From contig PBDU01000018.1 of the NCBI GenBank assembly GCA_002718195.1, forward strand, positions 16,108 through 80,107: a stretch of 64,000 bases of DNA. The letters run 5' to 3'. Made by a program: the position numbers and the translations under genes. This document shows, one piece after another, positions 60,207 to 64,000 of the stretch. Numbering within the stretch: position 1 is the first letter of the stretch; each line of letters opens with the position of its first letter. A model generated the notes under the pieces. That model did no database searches. It had not been told where the DNA came from and saw only the letters and a list, made by a program, of their open reading frames with translations. This DNA comes from Methanobacteriota archaeon (GTDB lineage Archaea; Thermoplasmatota; Poseidoniia; Poseidoniales; Poseidoniaceae).

Positions 60207-63200
60207 CTAAGCCTCGTTTTGATGCTTACTAACCTCTTCTTGATAGTAATTTGACAATTGTTCCACAGTCCAGCCTTGTTCGAGGTAACCTTCAATCAAA
60301 GCTCTATCCCATCCAGGGAATTTAGCAATATCGTCATCGCTTAAGCCTGAGCCAGAGTTAGGCTCTTCCTGGTTATGGTTCAATACTGGACTAGACCACT
60401 TTGAATCAGCAACATTTGCCTCTTCAAATACAGATTCATTATACTTCGAAAATTCCTCATTTGCGCTTGCTAATTTATCTTCAGAGTTCTTACCTGCCTG
60501 AGTTATTCCGTAAATTGCCACCGCAAATAAGACCACAGCAAGTAGCATCATTATTGTCATGAATGGGAATCCTGCCGATTCCTCTTCGCTCTCAGATTCT
60601 ACATTTAGTTCAGACCTCTGAGCGTTGGTGCATCCTCCTGCGTCAACAAATTGACCCGTGGGCGTGTCTAAGCACTCATCCACAGAGTCAATTACCCCAT
60701 CATTATCAGAATCAACTTCCTCGGTTTGATTGGTGTTGTTGTTCTCCCCTCCAGTTTGGTTATTTCCATTCTGAGTTTGGTCGGTGTCGGTATTATTTCC
60801 TTCATTAGGGTCGACAATCTCCCCATCTTCGTTGAAAACATTTGGATCAGTTCCTGCTTGGAATTCAGCAAGGTTATCCAATTCATCATTGTCTGGGTCT
60901 AGGCTTGATTCTAAAACACCAGGTCCACCAGCAAATCTCCAAGTTCTGTTCATTCCATGCTCAATTTCCCAGTAATCAGGAAGACCATCGTTATCAGTAT
61001 CTGTTTGGGAATCAAGTCTATTCCAATCTTCATACCATGATGCCAAGTATGGTGCTGTCACTTCTGAAGATGTCAACAATACCCCGTATTCTCTATTCCT
61101 GAGTAGGGCAGAATCTCCCCAGTTGATGGACGAAATCAGAACCGATTCTCCATCGATTATGGCACCTTTGTTGTGCAATTTTTCGACAGACTCATCACTG
61201 CTCATAATTACAGCAGATACGTCATATCCCATGGTAGCATTCCAATCCTCATTGAATCTATCAACGATGTCTTGGATGTCCTCGTCAAGGAATGCTCCAT
61301 TGACAATCAATCTGATTTCAACACCTCTTTGCGCAGCCTCTTCTAGAGATTGAAGAACTGGATTTGTTGACCATCCCCAGTACCAATCAATTTCTAAATA
61401 TTGAAGTGAAAGCAGAATTTGAGAATCTGCGTTGGATATCATTGTGGATATTTCCTCTAGACATGTATCTGGGCAAGTGAATAGATCAGCTGACACATTT
61501 GCGGTTATGCCGTCAGTTGTTGGACCAATTACTCCAGACCATTGTGGCATAGTCCATCCAGTTGGTCTGTCAGAACTTCTTGCTTCATCGATATAGGATA
61601 AGGAGGAATCAAACTCAATCATCATGTTTTGTTTTACTTGCAGAGCAAAGGCTTCGCTGTGAATAATTGCAGACCACTCTCTGTTTCCAGAATCGCTTGG
61701 ATTTGGCAAGGATGAAGATTTCCAATTTCCAGAAGAAATCCAAACGCTGCTTGAATCTCTGACCGCAATCTTGGCGTGAAGATACGCATAAGCGTCATCA
61801 GAGTCAATACCAAACCAAAATACCTCTGCTCCGTTATCGACTAATTCAGCAGCCATCCCTTTCTGAGTTTCCAAATCATAATTCTTCCACCATGATTCTC
61901 CAGCATCGAGTACTATTGATACCTCAACGCCTCTTTCTTCAGCATCTATTAGTGCCTCGACGATTAGAGGGTGCTGAATTTGATACATCATTATCTCGAG
62001 AGTTGAAGTTGCTCCTTGAATCCATGCTAAAATATCTACTATTCCAGTTTCAGGTCCCAGTAGTGGTATTACCTCCATTTCTGATTGCACGGTATCTTGG
62101 TTGCAAATTGTAGTAGCTCCAAGAACCGACCATCTGTGCATCCAATCAGAAGAGGTATTGGTGTCACCAAACTCTCCACAATTATCACCTCTGTGATAGA
62201 TGTAATTGTCAATGTCTGAAACAGACATCATGACTGATGTCCCGCTCCATCCCTCGATTGTGGTGTCTCCATTACCCCAGACTACTGTGTCGGCAATTTC
62301 GCCACTTGAGGTAATCAGCTGCAATGCACCACCCTCATCTGGAAGGTAGAGAGGTACGGTCATCACTTCACTCATGGATTGAACCGCTCCGGTTTCGAAT
62401 ATTGAGAGAGCAGAAGCATCAGCACCGATGATAACTGATTTACCAGATTCGAGATTTATGTTTTCAAAGGTTGATGAGAAGGTGCTTCCTGAACTTGTAA
62501 CTCTTGTAACCTGCCATGATGATAGAACAGCATTCTTTTGTCCTACGTTAGACAATTCAAAGAATTCCATGTTTGAGGACAGACTGTGCGTTCCATCCGG
62601 CATTATTCTCGAGAACTTGATGTCCTCTGCACCAGCATAATCTGAAAGGGTTGGTTCAGGCATTCCTGGTGTAATCCATGGATTTCTTACCCAGTTACCA
62701 TTCTCGTCCTGAGAAATTGACTGGCATTCGCTTACTGTACTCCAAGAGTAAGTTTGTACCAAGACTGAATCTGGATTTCTAATCTCAATAGAATCACCTA
62801 AACCAGAAACCGACCAGTTATCTAATTGCACCACTATTCTGTGATCTGGAGCGACCGGAATTGGTGATTGTGGACCGCTGTTATTGTGAATCCTGTCGCC
62901 ACGAATGAACCATTTTTCACCATCTGAGTTTATGATTTGCCATCTTGCTAAGTCAATAACTTCAGTACCCGTATTGTGGAATTCAAACCAATCATCCTCA
63001 TATTCCTCATTAGTATTAGGACAGAATGGATAAACCTCTGTCAAGTTGAGAGTAATTGGACCGGTATAAGCCGGCCATTGTGGATTTTCTTGATTTGGTG
63101 TAGGCCATGCAGATGGAATCAAAACACTGATTTGTCCGTTAGCAGTTCCATCGGGACCAGCTCCAGCGTGGCTTGAAGATGGGTCGATCATTGTCTCTCC

Positions 63201-64000
63201 TTCTACCGTGGCTGTCCAATCAACTGAGTCTATGATGTAATCATTTGATGTCACTAAGGCAAGACTGTCCTGACCAGAATTCTTCAGGTAAAAGGAGGAA
63301 CTTGTAGAAAGAGATACTAGTGCTACTTGCCCACTTTGCAGAACGGTGTCATTAGTGTAGGGTAGTCTATTTGAGTCAAGGGTTAGTGTTCTGCTGCTAG
63401 CTTTGAGTTTGAAACCAGCGATATCAATCGCATCACTACCATAATTCAGAATTTCAACCCATTCGCCTTGTGGGTACGCATTCTCATCGTTTCCAAATGG
63501 GTTCGGCATTATCTCATGGATTGAAAGGTTGTACGTTGGGACATCTACTTCTCCTGGTTGTGGTTGATGTGGAGTTTGGAACACTGCCTCCTTCCAGACA
63601 CCAGTAGGATCAGAGTCTCTAATCAATGCTGCATCTATTGTTGGAATAGTTCTCCAAGTAGCTGTGTCGATTACATTCATAGCATTATCCATCAAGAATA
63701 TGTTGTTACTTCTGTTCCAAAGTTCTGTATCCTCAGTAAACTGAATAATTCTATACTCATCTGGAGCAATAAAAGTAGAGTTTTGTGTTTCATTAGTGAC
63801 TATGTTTGCTTGGGTAAGTTGAGTGACATTCCCCATTGCATCCATGATCATGTAGTCGATTAAGTTCAATGTCATGCTTCCATTATTGTAAAGTTCAATC
63901 CATTCTCCTGCTGGGAAGTTTTGTCCTTCGCCATTTGCATGAGGAACAATTTCAGACAACTCAAGATCAGAAATTTGCACTGGTTGTTGGATAACAGGGA
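60207..64000 (-). CDS. Large membrane-anchored surface protein: multiple lamin-tail domains plus phospholipase D/nuclease domain (5' end outside window)
   Basis: Repeated E(I/V)xP..EW(I/V)E(L/I)xN LTD motifs; two HKD motifs (HAKIAVRD, HNKGAIID); DTDNDG/DSDNDG Ca-binding repeats; C-terminal TM; frame open to the window end. Confidence 0.88.
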   Translation of the reverse strand, partial: PVIQQPVQISDLELSEIVPHANGEGQNFPAGEWIELYNNGSMTLNLIDYMIMDAMGNVTQLTQANIVTNETQNSTFIAPDEYRIIQFTEDTELWNRSNNIFLMDNAMNVIDTATWRTIPTIDAALIRDSDPTGVWKEAVFQTPHQPQPGEVDVPTYNLSIHEIMPNPFGNDENAYPQGEWVEILNYGSDAIDIAGFKLKASSRTLTLDSNRLPYTNDTVLQSGQVALVSLSTSSSFYLKNSGQDSLALVTSNDYIIDSVDWTATVEGETMIDPSSSHAGAGPDGTANGQISVLIPSAWPTPNQENPQWPAYTGPITLNLTEVYPFCPNTNEEYEDDWFEFHNTGTEVIDLARWQIINSDGEKWFIRGDRIHNNSGPQSPIPVAPDHRIVVQLDNWSVSGLGDSIEIRNPDSVLVQTYSWSTVSECQSISQDENGNWVRNPWITPGMPEPTLSDYAGAEDIKFSRIMPDGTHSLSSNMEFFELSNVGQKNAVLSSWQVTRVTSSGSTFSSTFENINLESGKSVIIGADASALSIFETGAVQSMSEVMTVPLYLPDEGGALQLITSSGEIADTVVWGNGDTTIEGWSGTSVMMSVSDIDNYIYHRGDNCGEFGDTNTSSDWMHRWSVLGATTICNQDTVQSEMEVIPLLGPETGIVDILAWIQGATSTLEIMMYQIQHPLIVEALIDAEERGVEVSIVLDAGESWWKNYDLETQKGMAAELVDNGAEVFWFGIDSDDAYAYLHAKIAVRDSSSVWISSGNWKSSSLPNPSDSGNREWSAIIHSEAFALQVKQNMMIEFDSSLSYIDEARSSDRPTGWTMPQWSGVIGPTTDGITANVSADLFTCPDTCLEEISTMISNADSQILLSLQYLEIDWYWGWSTNPVLQSLEEAAQRGVEIRLIVNGAFLDEDIQDIVDRFNEDWNATMGYDVSAVIMSSDESVEKLHNKGAIIDGESVLISSINWGDSALLRNREYGVLLTSSEVTAPYLASWYEDWNRLDSQTDTDNDGLPDYWEIEHGMNRTWRFAGGPGVLESSLDPDNDELDNLAEFQAGTDPNVFNEDGEIVDPNEGNNTDTDQTQNGNNQTGGENNNTNQTEEVDSDNDGVIDSVDECLDTPTGQFVDAGGCTNAQRSELNVESESEEESAGFPFMTIMMLLAVVLFAVAIYGITQAGKNSEDKLASANEEFSKYNESVFEEANVADSKWSSPVLNHNQEEPNSGSGLSDDDIAKFPGWDRALIEGYLEQGWTVEQLSNYYQEEVSKHQNEA

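Noticed and set aside
763-63863. Numerous short antisense or overlapping ORFs in the six-frame track (e.g. 1144-1614, 10245-10673, 33921-34334, 36151-36417, 55966-56373)
   Set aside because: They lie within or opposite well-supported genes and have no recognisable motifs; treated as shadow ORFs
57054-64000. Integrated element or genomic island at tRNA-Asn
   Set aside because: No integrase, no duplicated tRNA 3' end seen in the window, and the downstream genes are metabolic with ordinary composition
1-64000. CRISPR arrays, IS elements, inteins, rRNA
   Set aside because: No regularly spaced repeats, transposase or rRNA-like tracts were seen; the insertions in TBP, MVK and PolX are too short and lack intein terminal motifs

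Overview
Gene-dense, roughly 40% GC archaeal chromosome segment. Its gene content points to Marine Group II Euryarchaeota (Poseidoniales, Thermoplasmatota); this placement is inferred, not database-confirmed. Markers include TBP, exosome Csl4, archaeosine TGT, archaellum arlH/I/J, DRG GTPase, split GMP synthase, gcvPA/PB and ThiR, alongside many bacterial-type genes. It holds about 55 CDS and one tRNA-Asn(GTT). No CRISPR array, integrase or transposase is visible. The most notable observations are: (1) an exosome cap subunit Csl4 fused in frame to two RRM domains, inside an RNA-processing cluster; (2) a co-oriented run of LTD-phospholipase D, BI-1-like protein, 2OG-Fe(II) oxygenase and thymidine phosphorylase that may be a DNA/thymidine scavenging pathway; (3) a PolX-PHP whose third polymerase Asp appears replaced, next to an Nth with an atypical Cys motif; (4) a 'GWTxEQ' tail motif shared by two unrelated giant membrane-anchored surface proteins; (5) a recurrent TTCAA(A/G) element at TATA-box distance from start codons, in a genome whose TBP carries an insertion; (6) an intact M23 peptidase in an archaeon; (7) an AT-rich SPFH-like gene pair.
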